Assembly (NCBI GenBank): GCA_965287045.1
Contig: OZ336886.1
Span: forward strand, 10,168,001-10,232,000
DNA: 64,000 nt
From: Carcharhinus amblyrhynchos
Lineage: Eukaryota
Direction: 5' to 3'
In this document: positions 10,997-24,400 of the stretch, piece after piece
Position numbering within the stretch: position 1 is the first letter of the stretch
Layout of the letters: every line of letters starts with the position of its first letter
Program-made: the position numbers and the translations under genes
The notes under the pieces: generated by a model
Database searches by the model: none
What the model was told of the DNA's origin: nothing
What the model saw: only the letters and a program-made list of their open reading frames with translations

Positions 10997-11999
10997 GTAT
11001 GTATTTATTGTTGTTTTATCTGTCTGTGCGTGTGCCAGATATTTTATCTGTTGCATGTTTGTGCTTCTTGTCGAGTTGTTTTGTTTTTAAATTTCGCTAG
11101 CCAACTGATCGGGTTTGCAATTTTGCTTTAATATATATTCCAGTAAATTTTGTCCATCAACTGCCCTACACACACACATGTACACACACACCCCTGCATG
11201 AGTCTGTATTGTATGTATATTTCTGCCCTGGTAAGTTGCTGACATTGTAAGACCTTGCTCTTTAATTAAATAATAATGGATGACCATTGTTCTTGAACAG
11301 ACAACTAAGGACAGCCAGGTTAATTTGACAAATGAAATCCAGGGTCAAGCTTTTTCGGCTAAGTCCTTTCTCTGGGTCGTGATGGATAGTAATTGTTTTT
11401 TTTTAGTATTTGATTGTAATTTCAGCTACTGTTCAATCACATTTTTCAAAATCCTACTTTCTAATGGCAGAACATTGTATGATAGCTCAATTGAAGCTAA
11501 TCATGACTGATTAAGAAAACGCTTGCTGAATACTTTAACAGATGACGGAATGTTAACGTCAGTGGAAACTCACCAGCTGTTCTCATTGGCTGTGAAAATG
11601 GCCACATATTAAATTGAAACAATTATCTGGAATCCCGATAAGAGAACCTGGCCTTCCCGACTCTTATCTCAACACAGGCTTCCTGTTCAATAGCTGAACT
11701 ATTTTACATATCACCAGTTGGAAAACTGAATTGATCTAACAACATTTTTTTTCCCCAGCGTGTCAGCATTTTTAAATGCTTTTCTGTGCAATTTAGTTGA
11801 AACGCTTGTCAGCCTTAGTGGGGTCAAAATTTTCTCGCCCCCAAAATCAGACACTGGGATCGCAAAATGCGGCTAACTAACCCTGGCTCAGTGTAACTCG
11901 GGCAGAAGGTGAAATCTGTACTCCCTACTGTTTTACATGGGTGTACTGTGCAGCCTGCACACATCGTGTTGCTAATTGGCCAGAACATGAGTAGGGGTC

Positions 12000-12800
12000 A
12001 GGATCCTGAGGGGATAATGCAGGTAAAATCTATCTGCACACTTAAAACCAGCAACCCTTGTTAAAGGTCAGGTGCATCATGGCTGGAGCAGCTGCTCAGA
12101 ATATTTTGTGAGCTGAACCTGACCTGGGAAGGTCAGGAACATGGTAAAACATGCGATCGAATAGACACCGAGGATTTCCAACGCTGCACCAAAGGCCCTG
12201 GTGTAAAAGGTGCAGCAGAGAAGTGTTCTGCAAGCATGGAGGCCCTCCAGATACTTGCTTGGAAGGCAATGGGAACATATGGAGGTCAACCCAGGAGTGA
12301 AACCTCAAAATCTTGGATGCGCTGCCGCAAGCACCATACATGGTTGGCAAGCTCAGCAAATATATATTCAAGTCCCGTATCCTACCAAGAGCACCACTAA
12401 CTGTAGACATTGTTCATTTCATGAAATGCCCATCACTTACTTACCAACAATCTCTGCCAGTCAAGATTTAAATTTAACATTCATTGGCTATACCTCGCAT
12501 ACTTAGCAGTGTTGCAAGGCTCAGACCCACACCTCACAGTTTCCACTACTGCCAGCCGTTCACCTGTGATGGCCAGATCAACCATTCATGTTATGGGACA
12601 GTCACCGACACTCTCCTCTTCCTTGTGGGAAAAGGCACATGCAACTGGAGGTAGTTGGAGCTAATTGCAGGAGAACATGCATGCTTCTGCATGTCCTGAC
12701 CCTGAGATGGTACTGGACATTATTGGGCTGCCCATTGCTGAGACAATGGCCAGCGCAGGTCCTGAAACTATCAGATTTGACATTGTCCTCATACTTAATC
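12000..12800 (+). mobile_element. Decayed Harbinger-type element with a Myb/SANT-like remnant
   Basis: Broken frame PRISNAAPKALV*KVQQR...RRPSRYLLGRQWEHMEVN resembles the Harbinger-associated DNA-binding protein. Confidence 0.5.
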
Positions 12801-15185
12801 CTCTTTTTCATGTCCTACCTCTCCCTAACCCCACACTTTTTCTTCTGGTTTACATGCTGCCGTTAGTGTAAGGGTACACTGGCCGCTCTCTGCCCACCAC
12901 AATCTTAATTTTGTGCCTTTGCCCTTTCGGAATATGTACTGCCACACAGGCCCCAAGCTTGCTATCATTGAAACTGAGGATATCAGTTCTCAAAGGAGTG
13001 CTTGCAGGTAGGAACGGCACCCAGCAATCTGTCCTCCAACAGATTACTAGAATCGTTGAGGCACTGCTCTGGGAAGGTGGCAATTGCCAAGAGCTTATAA
13101 TATTCTCAGGAAGGCAGTCTTCATGCTCCCACCCTTGATCAGTGTTGTTGCTGTTTCTCATTCATCCCAGTGCACTGGGAGATCTCCTGCCATGCATTCA
13201 ACACTCTCATGGCCCCCACTATAGACATCCACACCCCCCGCTCCCTGCCCACAGTATCAATGGCAGAGCAAACTCCACCACCCCCACCCATGGTGACGCG
13301 GGTTGCCAGCATCAGGGCATTGGGCCACTCCCAATGAGCCCACCATCACAATCCCTTCCATAGCCCCCTCCACTTTGCCGATCATTCCCCATGCATGCCC
13401 CCTCCATGCCTTCTCCCTACAGAATTCCCCTTTACGTTATCTGCTGTCCCCCCCGCAAGTCTCTCCCAACCCTACCCTCTAGCACAGCTCCTCCCCTTTC
13501 CCGGCAGAGCTCATATCCTTCCTTCCCCCTCTCCCCGGCAGAGGTCCCCCTCCCCCACCTCCCCGGTAGAGCTTCCCCTCCCCCCCCCCCCCTGCAGAGC
13601 ACCACCACCCCCCCCTGCCCCCGCAGAGCACCCCCACTTGACTTCCACTGTAAAGCTTCCCCATTGCTTTCCCCACCCTCACTCAAGCTACTACCCACTT
13701 AGACCCCAATCCTTAGTGTTGCCACTGGCACTCTTATGGTGTGTCTAGTGGACGATGCTGATGTGCCAAGTGGGTATTACCAGTCTGGCACTTCCCCGTG
13801 GGCATGTCTGGCCATGCCTCCAACAATCCAGGGGTGTCAATACCTATAACCAACCAACCAACCAACCACCACCCCACACCCCCGGCATGGCCATCATGTC
13901 TGATCTCCCTTGGTGGGGTCCAGGAGTGATTTTTGTCAGTGCAACGTCTTGCTGATGAGGAGGGGTAACATCCAGGAGGCTGGACATGGCCATGCAGGAT
14001 GCATTACTGTTACGTAAATCATGACAACATTTAAATCTGCTTCACTGTTCTGTCAAAACAGTGCTGGGACCTTGTTTTTTGCCGTGAGATCTGCTCGTGC
14101 CTGGCGCAAAAGCCTCAGCACTGTCTTCCCAATTGACTGCTGATCAACTGGCTCAGTGGGCCAGAACGATTGTGCTCATCTGCAAACTTGACAAATCTGT
14201 ACCTGTATTTTTGTTATGTGTGTTGGGCATCCTCTCTTGTAGTATTAATAATCGCTCTCAAATTTCTGAGAAAGTAGAATAGGTGCTAGGTCGTAAATTG
14301 ACATGCACTTGTCCACTGAACATGAGCTCTTTTAGAGAAGGAATAGTTATGCCTAAGGGTGTCGCTCCTTGGATGCAATGTGTAGATCTTGCTTGGTCTG
14401 TCTACATTTACGTAGAATTTCATTGTGCAAATCATTCATTCAGCTAGGCTATTATAACTAGGGTAATGAGGGGAAGAAGTAATGTGATCAATATCTCACT
14501 TCAGCACGTGTTGAAATTGCTTACCAGTAAGTTGCGGACTGGTATGCATAATGATCTCTATGGGCATACAATATATACCAAAAATAACACTTGAGTGTGC
14601 GCAACAGTTGTGCTTGGCATATACTACAGTTGTCAAATAATGGCGCACATACCTCATAGTTCTTGATGATGACTTCAATATCATTGTTCACACCTGCCTA
14701 GCAGACAGTCGCTTGCGAGTCTTCTCTTCAATGCCCATGTGTGAGTGATGAAGTTGTTGGAGAATATAATTCACAAAGATATCAATATGATGTTCTGCCT
14801 ACCTTGGAAAATGACTGCCTAGCTCATCCCATAAGGCCAAAATGATCCCCACGTGTTTGGGGACATGGTGTATTGAATCAGGTTGTTCTTCAATAATTGT
14901 AAATTTTTGTAATGTGGAACCTTTTGCTGTCTCTTCTTGCAGCTGCTGGTATTTGCATTGTGCAACATGTATCAGATCAATTTGGAAAACATCTTTAAGT
15001 TCAATGTCATGGATCTATCTTCTGTTTTCGCTGAGTTAGACAATCTGCCAAATGTATCCAATGTGACCATCAAGTTACTTTGCTTGTATCTGTTCTCACA
15101 ATCATAACCGTGAATCCTTTATCAAGAGACGTACCAATTTGGCAGTCCACTGGTTTTTGTCAGACCATCTTCATTACTTTCTGAT

Positions 15186-15302
15186 AAAGGCAAAATATGT
15201 GGATGTTGGAATCTGAAACAAAAAGAGAAAATTCTGGAAAATCTCAGCAGGTCTGGCAGCATCTGTGGAGAGAAAATAGAGCCAATGTTTCACGTCTGGA
15301 TG
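15186..15302. mobile_element. Terminal fragment of a second Penelope-like family (also 35163-35255 and reverse at about 46230-46315)
   Basis: Shared ctggaaaa..tcagcaggtctggcagcatctgtggagaga motif. Confidence 0.55.
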
Positions 15303-15788
15303 GGAAAGAGAACCTGGCTGACTGTTTCATCTTAATGGGATGAAAAATGCAGTAAGCTCTTGGGGCCACTCCATGAGATATACTGAGCAGTCTCAAGCAT
15401 CGAGAAGAAGATTGCACTTATAAATCTCAGGTTTAACTCTTCTAATGTGACTGTTTTATAAGGACAATGCTTCAAAGCTGGTTTTAAATATTGCGGATCA
15501 AGGCAATGATTCGTTTTTCTTTGTGACACATCTGTTTGAGCTGCATCAGTTTGTGTGATACACTCTTCTAATTATACAATCCTTCTTCTCTCTAGTTCGA
15601 TCTTTAATTTGCCTTGTAAGTGCATGATGCACTTAGGTGCAGGATCATTTGATGGACTTACATTCTCCTGCAGGTTTAATGTTGCAGCTCCCTTGAAACT
15701 GCCAATTTTGTCAAAGTATTCTGGATATTTTGATGTTAGGTTGAGTGCTGAGATGGTAGGAGTAGTTTCTGAGGTTGACCTGCCATAT

Positions 15789-16318
15789 GAACATAGAACA
15801 TCGAATAGCACAGCACAGTACAGGCCCTTCAGCCCTTGATGTTGTGCCAAGCTATGTCCAACCCCAAGATCAAGCTATCACACTCCCTATCATTCTGGTG
15901 TGTTCCATGTGCCTATTCAATAACTGCTTGAAAGTTCCTAAAATGTCTGACTCCACTATCACAGCAAGCAGCGCATTCCACACCCCAACTACACTGAGTA
16001 AAGAATCTACCTCATTCATCCCTCCTACATCTCCCACCATAAACCTTATAGTTATGCCCCCTAGTAACAGTTACATCCACCCAGGGAATAGTATCTGCAC
16101 GTCCACTCTATCTGTCTCCCTCATCATTTTATAAACTTCTTTTAAGTTGCCTCTCATCCTCCTCCATTCTAAAGAGAAAAGTCTGAGCTCCCTCAACCTT
16201 TCCTCAGAAGACCTACTCTCCAAACCAGGCAGCATCCTGGTAAATCTCCTCTGCACTCACTCCAATGCTTCCACATACTTCTTATAGTGAGGTGACTAGA
16301 ATTGCACACAATATTCTT
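15789..16318 (-). mobile_element. CR1 LINE 3' fragment
   Basis: QRRFTRMLPGLESRSSEERLRELRLFSLEWRRMRG; gaacatagaaca tail. Confidence 0.9.
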
Positions 16319-16560
16319 TTGCCATGGCCTTCCATATCAGTGGATACATGTCTTTTAGAATTCGGAGATAACGTGTTGGCACTTGACCTGTGTCAATCTT
16401 GGCCAATAACGAATAGTTACCAACTTTCTTAGGGCTGATAATTAGAATCATGGCAAACACTTTGGATGGTGTGATGGTGCCTATGCTTCCGTATGATTAA
16501 CAGTGAGAAACCTGTTCACTGTTCATCAACTCATTGTGCATGTCACCTCCTGTATATAGC

Positions 16561-16860
16561 ATCATAGAATCCCTACAGTGCAAAAGGAAGCCATTCAGCC
16601 CATCAAGCCTGCACCAACAATAATCCTACCCAGACCCAATCCCTGTGATCCCACGTATTTATCCTGTTAATGCCCCTGACACGAAGGGGCAATTTAGTAC
16701 GGCCAATCAACCTAACCCCCACATGTCTTTGGATTATGGGAGGAAACCAGAACACCCGGAGGAAACCCACACAGACGTGGGGAGAACATGCAACCTCCAC
16801 TCAGACAGTCACCCGAGGCCAGAATTAAACTGGGTCATCAGTGCTAATCTCTGTGCCACC
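16561..16860 (-). mobile_element. HE1-type SINE
   Basis: Homologous to the other HE1 copies. Confidence 0.9.
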
Positions 16861-17404
16861 ATATGTTGATGGAATACCAAATGGTTATTCAGATTGCTTA
16901 AAGATACCTGTTGTGTACCATCTATTTGGATCAATGCACGATTCTTTCTATCTGCATCAGCCTTTGCTCTCGTGCACTGCTGCTGTAATAATCCATTCTG
17001 CCACAGCCCTTGCAGAATTGCTGGAAAGCTGGCCATTTCTTGGGTGCATGCAGAAGGCCACAGCTTTCACATGTTTTGCGATGTTGGGTATTCTACTAAA
17101 TACATCACCAATTGGGGGTGCATTTGGAACTTGTAAACTTTGTTCATCTGCAGGGGTCACTTCATACTTATGTCCATCCCTGAGTAGCTCTTTGATGCTC
17201 TACAATACATTGATTCTGCCTGCGAATCGCAGAAGGAACCCTTTTCTCTATACTTTCTGATGAAGTTGTCAATGGATGTTGTAGGCTGTGGTGATGAACC
17301 TTAGTCAATGAATTCAAAAGCTTAACTTTGATGCTGAACTAGTCTTTCAATGATGTCCTTGTCTTTTGGGGATCATTTAACTCCTGTTCTGTTAACACTG
17401 TTGT

Positions 17405-18270
17405 GTTCAGCCAGTTTGGAGTTTCTGGTCAATGGTAACCCTGAGGATGTTGACAGTGGGGGATTAAATGATGATAACACCAAGGGATGATGGCTAGATT
17501 ATCTCTTATCGGTGATGGTCATGGTCTGGCATTTATGTGGAGCCACTTGTCAGTCCAAGCCTGGATATTATTTAGATCTTGCATTTTGAACATGGACTGT
17601 TTTAGTAACTGAGGAGTCATGAATGGTGCTGAATATCATGCAATCATTGGTAAACATCCCCACTTCTGATCTCATAAGAACATAAGAAATAGGAGCAGGA
17701 GTAGGCCATCTGGCCCTTCGAGCCTTTCAATAAGATCATGCTCATGATAGAGGGAAGGTCATTGATGAAACAGCTGAAGATGGTTGGGCCTACTTTGAAG
17801 AAGACAGAGGTTGAGATTCAAGAATAAACTAAAAGCACAAGATTCCATGGGTTTGAACAAGTTAAAATAAACATTGCTGTCAACATCCTTGGGGTTACCA
17901 TTGACTAAAAACTCAACTAGAGTTGCCACATAAACACACTGGCTACAAGAGCAGGTCAGAGGCTAGGAATACTGCAGCGAGTAACTCACCTCCTGACTCC
18001 CCAGAGCCTATCCACTATTTACAAGGCACAAGTCAGGAATGCAATGGAATGCTCCCCACTTGCCTAGATGGGTGCAGCTCCAACAACACTCAAGAAGCTC
18101 GACACCATCCAGGTCAAAGCAGCCTGCTTGCTTGGCATCACATCCACCAACATCCACTCCCTCCACCATCAACGTTCAGTAGCAGCAGTGTGTGCTATCT
18201 GCATAATGCACTGCAGAAATTTACCAAAGATTCTTAAGCATACATTCCAAACCCATGACCATCATGTCAG
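17405..18270. mobile_element. L2/CR1-group LINE fragments in opposite orientations (17405-17795 minus, 17877-18270 plus), with a short CR1 tail at 17672-17740
   Basis: Plus piece encodes MGAAPTTLKKLDTIQVKAACLLG...SLHHQRSVAAVC. The minus piece is the adjacent upstream LINE region. Confidence 0.75.
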
Positions 18271-18840
18271 TAACACAGAGATAACCAATCTCACTGAAAC
18301 CCTAGCTGGCTCATGAGGGATTCCACAACATCATTGATGGCCCATTGATTTTCTCCTGAGATTTCGTTCCCCAGAATCCCAAGTGTGCACTCGAGCACAA
18401 ACTCACATCCACAATTTCAGCTCTGAGGCGCACCAAGCAGTGCACAACTGCTTCCAAGGGGAGCTTACACTCCAGTGGCCCACAGCATGGACTCACAAAC
18501 CTGTGGCTGCCTTTTTGGATCTTCAGAGCTTCTCCTAAACCTTATTCTCTTAGATGGACTTCCCCTGAGACTTCTTCAATCATTCTTGCATCCTTTGGGT
18601 TCTCTGAAATTACCAAAACTTCTCTTGAACCTGCCTCACTTAAAATCTGCCAACTGCAACCCTTTAATTACGTTGCAATTTAACTTGAACCTCTTTCTGT
18701 TCATGTGCTGTCTCTGCACCCCTTATTTTGGAGCCTCTCCCCGTGCCCTTACCTTTGGGATCTATTCCTTCCACCTCTCCCCGTTCCCTGCCTGGAACAT
18801 TTTTTTTTGAATAGCATGTCAATACTGGTCAAATGGCCCA

Positions 18841-19177
18841 GCGCGGCATGGTAGCACAGTGGTTAGCAGTGCTGCTTCACAGCTCCAGGGACCTGGGTTC
18901 GATTCCTGGTTTGGGTTACTGTCTATCTGGAGTTTGCATATTCTCCTCGTGTCTGCATGGGTTTCCTCTGGGTGCTCTGGTTTCCTCCCACAGTCCAAAG
19001 AGTTGTGGGTTTGGTTGATTGGCCATGCTAAAAAAATTGCCCTTAGTGTCCTGAGATGCGTAGGTTAGAGGGATTATGGGTAAATATGTAGGGATATGGG
19101 GGTAGGGCCTGGGTGGCAGTCTCGATGGGCCAAATGGCCTCCTCCTGTACTGTACGGTTTCTATGATTTCTATGACA
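18841..19177 (+). mobile_element. HE1-type SINE
   Basis: ggcatggtagcacagtggttagc A-box, gggttcgattcc B-box, tttctatgatttctatga tail. Confidence 0.92.
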
Positions 19178-19898
19178 GTGATGCAGGAGTTCCTCAGGTC
19201 TGAGGCTCAATCATCTTCAGCTGCTTCATCAATTTGCCCCCTGCCATCAGAAGGTCAGGCACAAGTATGTTTGCTGATGATTGCACAGTGTTTGGTACAA
19301 TTCACAACTCCTCAAACAATGAAGCAGCCCTTGGCTGCAAGACATGGGCAACAGTCAGGCTCGGCAAGTTTGTTCAAGGGAGACTGCTGGAACAGCCAAG
19401 GTTATTCAGCCTGTGTATAATTCTTGTCACCGTGTGCAGAACTGTTTACCCAACGTAAATAAAACCATGCTGTGCATTCCAGTAATCAGTGCTCCACTTC
19501 ATTGCCTTACATTAAAAAAAATCAATTTTAAAGCATTTTTTAATCATTACTTCACATTCTCATGTAGTTTAAGCTATTCCAATTAAAATATTAGAACACA
19601 AACAATTCACCAGTCACTTATTCAATCTTTTATAAACACGCACTTGAAAATTCAGATAAGTGGCAAGTAATATTTGTATCACACACGTTCTATGTGCGGA
19701 CTATCTTCCACTAACGTGTCTAAAACTCTTCCTTTGTCAATTAGCAGCATTATCATAATTGAAACCCTCACTACTGACATCCCATTAACGACAAACTCAA
19801 CTCGAGTAACCGCATAATTATTGTGGCTACAGAGGCAGGCTAGGGCTGGGCATTCTTTGGAAAGTAAACCAACTCTTAACTTCCCATGTCCTTTCATG

Positions 19899-20220
19899 TC
19901 ACAGTGGCACAATGGTTAGTACTGCTGCTTCACAGTGCCACGGACCTGGGTTTGATTCCCGGCTTCGGTCACTGTCTGTGTGGAGTTTGCACATTCTACC
20001 CATGTCTGTGTAGGTTTCCTCCGGGTGTTTTGGTTTCCTCCAACAGTCCAAAGATATGCAGGTCAGGTGGATTGGCCATGTTGAATTGCCCATTAGTGAC
20101 TGGGGGTTGAGCTAGGGTAAATGCATGGAGTTATGTGGATGGGGCTTGGGGGGGTGGTATTGTGGTTGGTGCAGATTCGATGGGCCGAATGGCCTCCTTC
20201 TGCACTGTAGGGATTCTGTG
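19899..20220 (+). mobile_element. HE1-type SINE inserted into an L2/CR1-group LINE remnant (about 19650-20720)
   Basis: SINE head and tail recognisable; LINE sequence resumes at ccatctgcaaggcacaggtcag. Confidence 0.88.
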
Positions 20221-20791
20221 TTTTCCATCTGCAAGGCACAGGTCAGAAATGTGGAGTCAAGACCTCCTCACTTTCCAGGATTAGTGCCTCTCCAACAACA
20301 CTTCAGAAGCTCAGCAGCATAGAGAAATCAAGCAGGTTCCTTGATTGATGGCATGACTGGGACACTGTGGCTGCAGTGTATGTATTACAGCACTACAGAT
20401 GTACGGCTGTAATTCACCGAAGCTTCCACTACAGCAAGTTCCAAACCCGGGGCCTCTGCCACTTAAAAAAAATGTGGGCAGTAGGCACATGGAAACACCA
20501 CAACCTACAAGTCACACACATCATCCTGATTTGGAAATATTGAGACGCTCCTTTTTTGCCACTCATTCAAAGTCATGGGACGCCCTTCGAAACAGCACTG
20601 TGAGTGGACCTACGAAACTCCATTGCAGTGGTTCAAGAAGGTGGCTCACCAGGAACTTTTCAGTGTAATTCGGGATGAACAGTAAATGCTGACCTCGCCA
20701 GCAATGCTCAAACTTCATGATTATTAAAACGTCGTAGCATCCTTTTCTTTTCATCCTCTTCCCCGTCGTTGCCTTCACCCTTCCCCTCTTC

Positions 20792-21418
20792 CAGGGGTCT
20801 CCAAACTACGGCCCGCGGGCCACATCCGGCCAGCAGCGGGCTGCATCTGGCCCGCAGCCAGTGGGGCGGGACGGGATTCCAGCATCCGGAACCCTGCCGC
20901 TGACTCAGGACCCGGACGCGGGGACAGAAGCCACAGGCTGGACATGTGCTGCCGCTCCGCGCAGTGTCTGATGGACCCATAGGAATGCCCGCCCTCTTTA
21001 CTGGCCTATTGTCCAATCAGAGCTGCCGCTCTGTGACTGACAGTTCATTAAACGAATCAGCAATCGAGGCACCTGTTATCCAGTTGCCGCTCTGCATTGA
21101 CTGAGTGACAGCTGCTTTATCCAATCCGTAAGCTCCATCCGTCTGAAATGAATGGGAACGATGACAGTGGCAATTCAGACCAATCGTAGGGCGATGTGCT
21201 CAGCGCAACACCCACATTGTGATTGACATCTGCTGCAGCCAATTGCCGTGTGCTGTCATAAGTTGCGATGAATTTAAAATTATTTGGTGCCTTTTTTTAG
21301 AAAAAATAACTTTATTATAAAAGTAACCCCCTAACTTTAGAACCATTTTTTTTATGGCCCGCGAAAATGTTTAAAGTACACAATGTGGCCCTCATACTGA
21401 AAAGTTTGGAGAACCCTG
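20792..21418. mobile_element. Non-autonomous hAT (Charlie-like) DNA transposon
   Basis: TIRs CAGGGGTCTCCAAACT / AGTTTGGAGAACCCTG (15/16); subterminal cggcccgcgggcc motifs; TSD not cleanly preserved. Confidence 0.88.
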
Positions 21419-21900
21419 CTCTATCCCACCATCCCTCTCAGTCTGCTGTCACCGCTAAATCCTTCTCACCCGCCAACATGCAGGTGAACACCAGATTCCA
21501 GAGTTCTTGGAGGGTTGACAAGTGCCGGAAATGTGCACACAGTGAATTCACTAGTCCCATCTATGTCAGATGGCCTTCTGATAACTTTGTCATGTTTTTG
21601 TTTAACCTATTAAATCCACGTGTTTCATTGAAAACAATTTTAAAGGATTGGCAAATAACAATAAAAATGTTGGTATAATTATTTTGTTGGAACAAGACTG
21701 AGTTTGTACAATATAAAAAAAGAGTGAAAGTCACTTTATGGAATAGGATTTTTTTGAAATATCAGAGGCCCTTCAAAAGTTGAGAGAGTAAATTTGTTGT
21801 ATTACATGGGTACCAATCCCTTTAGATCAAGTTGGTTTCACCCTTGATTACTGCTGGATGCTGAGGTGGCTAATCCTGGCCTGAACTATGATAAAGTCAA

Positions 21901-22179
21901 CAGAAATCATAGAATCCCTACAGTGCAGAAGGAGGCCATTCATCCCACCGAGTCTGCACCGACCACAATCCCACCCAGTCCCTATCCCCATGTATTTATC
22001 CTACTAGTGCCACTAACACTAAGGGGCAATTTATCATGGCCACTCAACCTAACCTGCGCATCTTTGAACTGCTCAAAGAAACTGGAGCAGCCAGAGGAGA
22101 CCCATGCAGACATGAGGAGAATGTGCAAACGCCACACAGACAGTGACCGGGAACCGCTAACCACTGCACCACCGTGCCA
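21901..22179 (-). mobile_element. HE1-type SINE
   Basis: Homologous to the other HE1 copies. Confidence 0.9.
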
Positions 22180-23809
22180 CCCCTACAATGATCACAGCAT
22201 CCCTCATCTTCAGGAGAAGCAAACAAAAAGAGAACAAAAATACAATTTCTACAACAGATTGCTAATCAGTGATCCTTTACAGCACATCTACATATAAAGA
22301 TATTAAAAGGAGACCAAATCAGACAACTTTTTTTGTTTACATCTTCCATGTTTGAGTTCCCAGTTGACAGGTACTGTTTAAACTGACACACAAGTGGCCC
22401 CGTTGGCTGAGTACCAGTTGTGAGTGGTCATAGAATTGTTCCCTAAGGTGAAACACCATCCTCAGCAGAAATGTAAAAGATAGATAATTGGTAGGACGTT
22501 TATGGTTGCTAAAGTGGTTGAGTGCTTGCCCTCCTTTTGACGTTGCACATTTGAATCCCAGTTTCGTTCACTCTAAACATTTATTCAGGATGAATAGCCT
22601 GTTCAGTTTTATAGCGACCAATTCAGTTGATGTGGTTACGCAGTTCTTTTCTTGCAGGATAATTATTCTGGCCTCCTTTCAAAGAATTTTCAGGTTGAAC
22701 ATATCACAACTGTACGAGTCAGTTAATGAGCAGCTTGTTAAAAGGAATGTTACTCAGACACAGATTCCTGCCTTGTACACCCTTAATGTAAAAATACTTG
22801 TTTGTGAGGACCGTTTAGATCAAAATTAATGCTTTATATTGATGGTTCTGAAGCAGCATTGTAACTGAGCAATTACTAGTTAAAGAACACAGCGATATTT
22901 TTAAGAGGTGACATGCTGCTGTTGCATAATGCAAGCTACTTCAGTGAAATAAGCAAGGCTTCAACATATTCACCATATGTTTTTTTGTTTCATTTTTCTA
23001 CTGGCCACATTCCTACTTTTTCCTCTTGGGAGTGTTGTGTACTTGACGACTCCATGGACAAATGTTGCCTCGCTAAATTGACCATCAATCATATGTGAGC
23101 CTTGCTGTTATCAGTTGCGGCCAATCAGCATCCATGACCGAGCCAAATCTTGTCTTTCCCAATCTCTGTGAATCCATATTTCAATTATGAACAGCAATCA
23201 GGGGTCACAACTTTGGATGATTTCCCTTTGCCCTAACGCTGAGGCTGTGTGTCCAGTTATGGTGCCTTTTTGGTGACATCAGTTGACTGAGCCCAAACCG
23301 GTGTTGAAGAACATTGGAAATTCTTGGTGTGTGGATTTTGGCCAATAACTATCAAAACCGAGGAGAGCTACCCAATGATGTTAAACTGTTTGCTTAACTG
23401 TGTCAATCTATTGTTGGCAGTGGTTTATTGACAGTCATAATTGGTCACTAACAAACTGTCTAGGATGAGAATTTTTATGGGAGTAGCTCAGTTGAAATAT
23501 TTAAAGGCTAATTTTTCCTTCATTACTGTTGCTTGTTATGTTTGCTGCATGGGAGTGAAACAACCATATTCATGTATTAGAGTTTGAAACGACAGACAGC
23601 AATGGCCCACATACGAACAACTGAAGGCTCACAGCTGCACAGTAAACCACAGGTGTAAAATCATGTAACACAACCAGATGCGTCCAGAAGATAATGCACA
23701 GTTAATGGTTTGCATGTCAATATTAGCAGTCAGTAAGAAATAAAATTCTAAAAGCTACATTTCTGATGTTCGCTTTAGTTGACCATACATACCCTTAATT
23801 TCTTTCAAG

Positions 23810-23944
23810 ACAAAAGACCCAAAGTTGCGGATTTCACTGAGCGACTTTGTCACAGCTTTTACCGTAACTCCTTTTGGAATAACTCGTTATCTGACTTTGC
23901 GCGAGCCGGTTGACCGGGAACGTCAACAGAATTACACTTTCACG
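23810..23944 (+). CDS. PCDH15: PCDH15 coding exon, 135 bp (EC4)
   Basis: tttctttcaAG|ACA...ACG|GTAAGA. Translates [45 protein letters not shown], with a cadherin DRE motif. Confidence 0.97.
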
Positions 23945-24250
23945 GTAAGATATATTGCTTGTTTCTTTAGTATACAAATCATGTCATACAATGAGCGACC
24001 TGAAATGAAAAGGAAATGATTGGATAGACAGCTAATCCAAATAGCCAGTGAAGCTTTTTTTATTTTTCATTGCATTTAAATTGGTTTCGATGTTGAATGT
24101 ATCTATTGTCATGTAATTTGAAGTACATCAATGTAACATAACAGCAATGGCAAGTACTTTTTTTTTAAACAAAGCTTTTTCCAGTGTTTCTTTTTAGTCA
24201 ATGTTAGGAATCCCTAAGTTGAGCGTTTTGCCTTTCTTTATTTCTTGAAG

Positions 24251-24400
24251 ATGACTGCTTCTGATGGTGTTCAAGAGAGTACTTCAGTCACTGTCAATGT
24301 CTTAGTGATCGATGCAAATGACAACACTCCAATTTTTCAAAACATTTCCTACAAAGTGAATGTTTACACTGACATGAAACCTGGAGAACCTGTCATACAG
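24251..24400 (+). CDS. PCDH15: PCDH15 coding exon, 150 bp (EC4/EC5 boundary)
   Basis: tttcttgaAG|ATG...CAG|GTAATC. Translates [50 protein letters not shown], with the DxNDN motif. Confidence 0.97.

Larger units (their letters stand above)
14480..17400 (-). mobile_element. Decayed Gypsy LTR retrotransposon internal region, interrupted by younger elements
   Basis: KYPEYFDKIGSFKGAATLNLQENVSPSNDPAPKCIMHLQGKLKIELER (protease-RT linker); CLDPQYLKPALKHCPYKTVTLEELN (RT start); Cys-rich gag remnant near 17000-17110. Confidence 0.75.

Noticed and set aside
13391-13748. Proline- and glycine-rich ORFs on both strands
   Set aside because: They arise from a C-rich low-complexity repeat body.
18841-18920. 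tRNA-like A and B boxes here and in other SINE heads
   Set aside because: They continue into SINE bodies and lack a full cloverleaf, so they are not tRNA genes.
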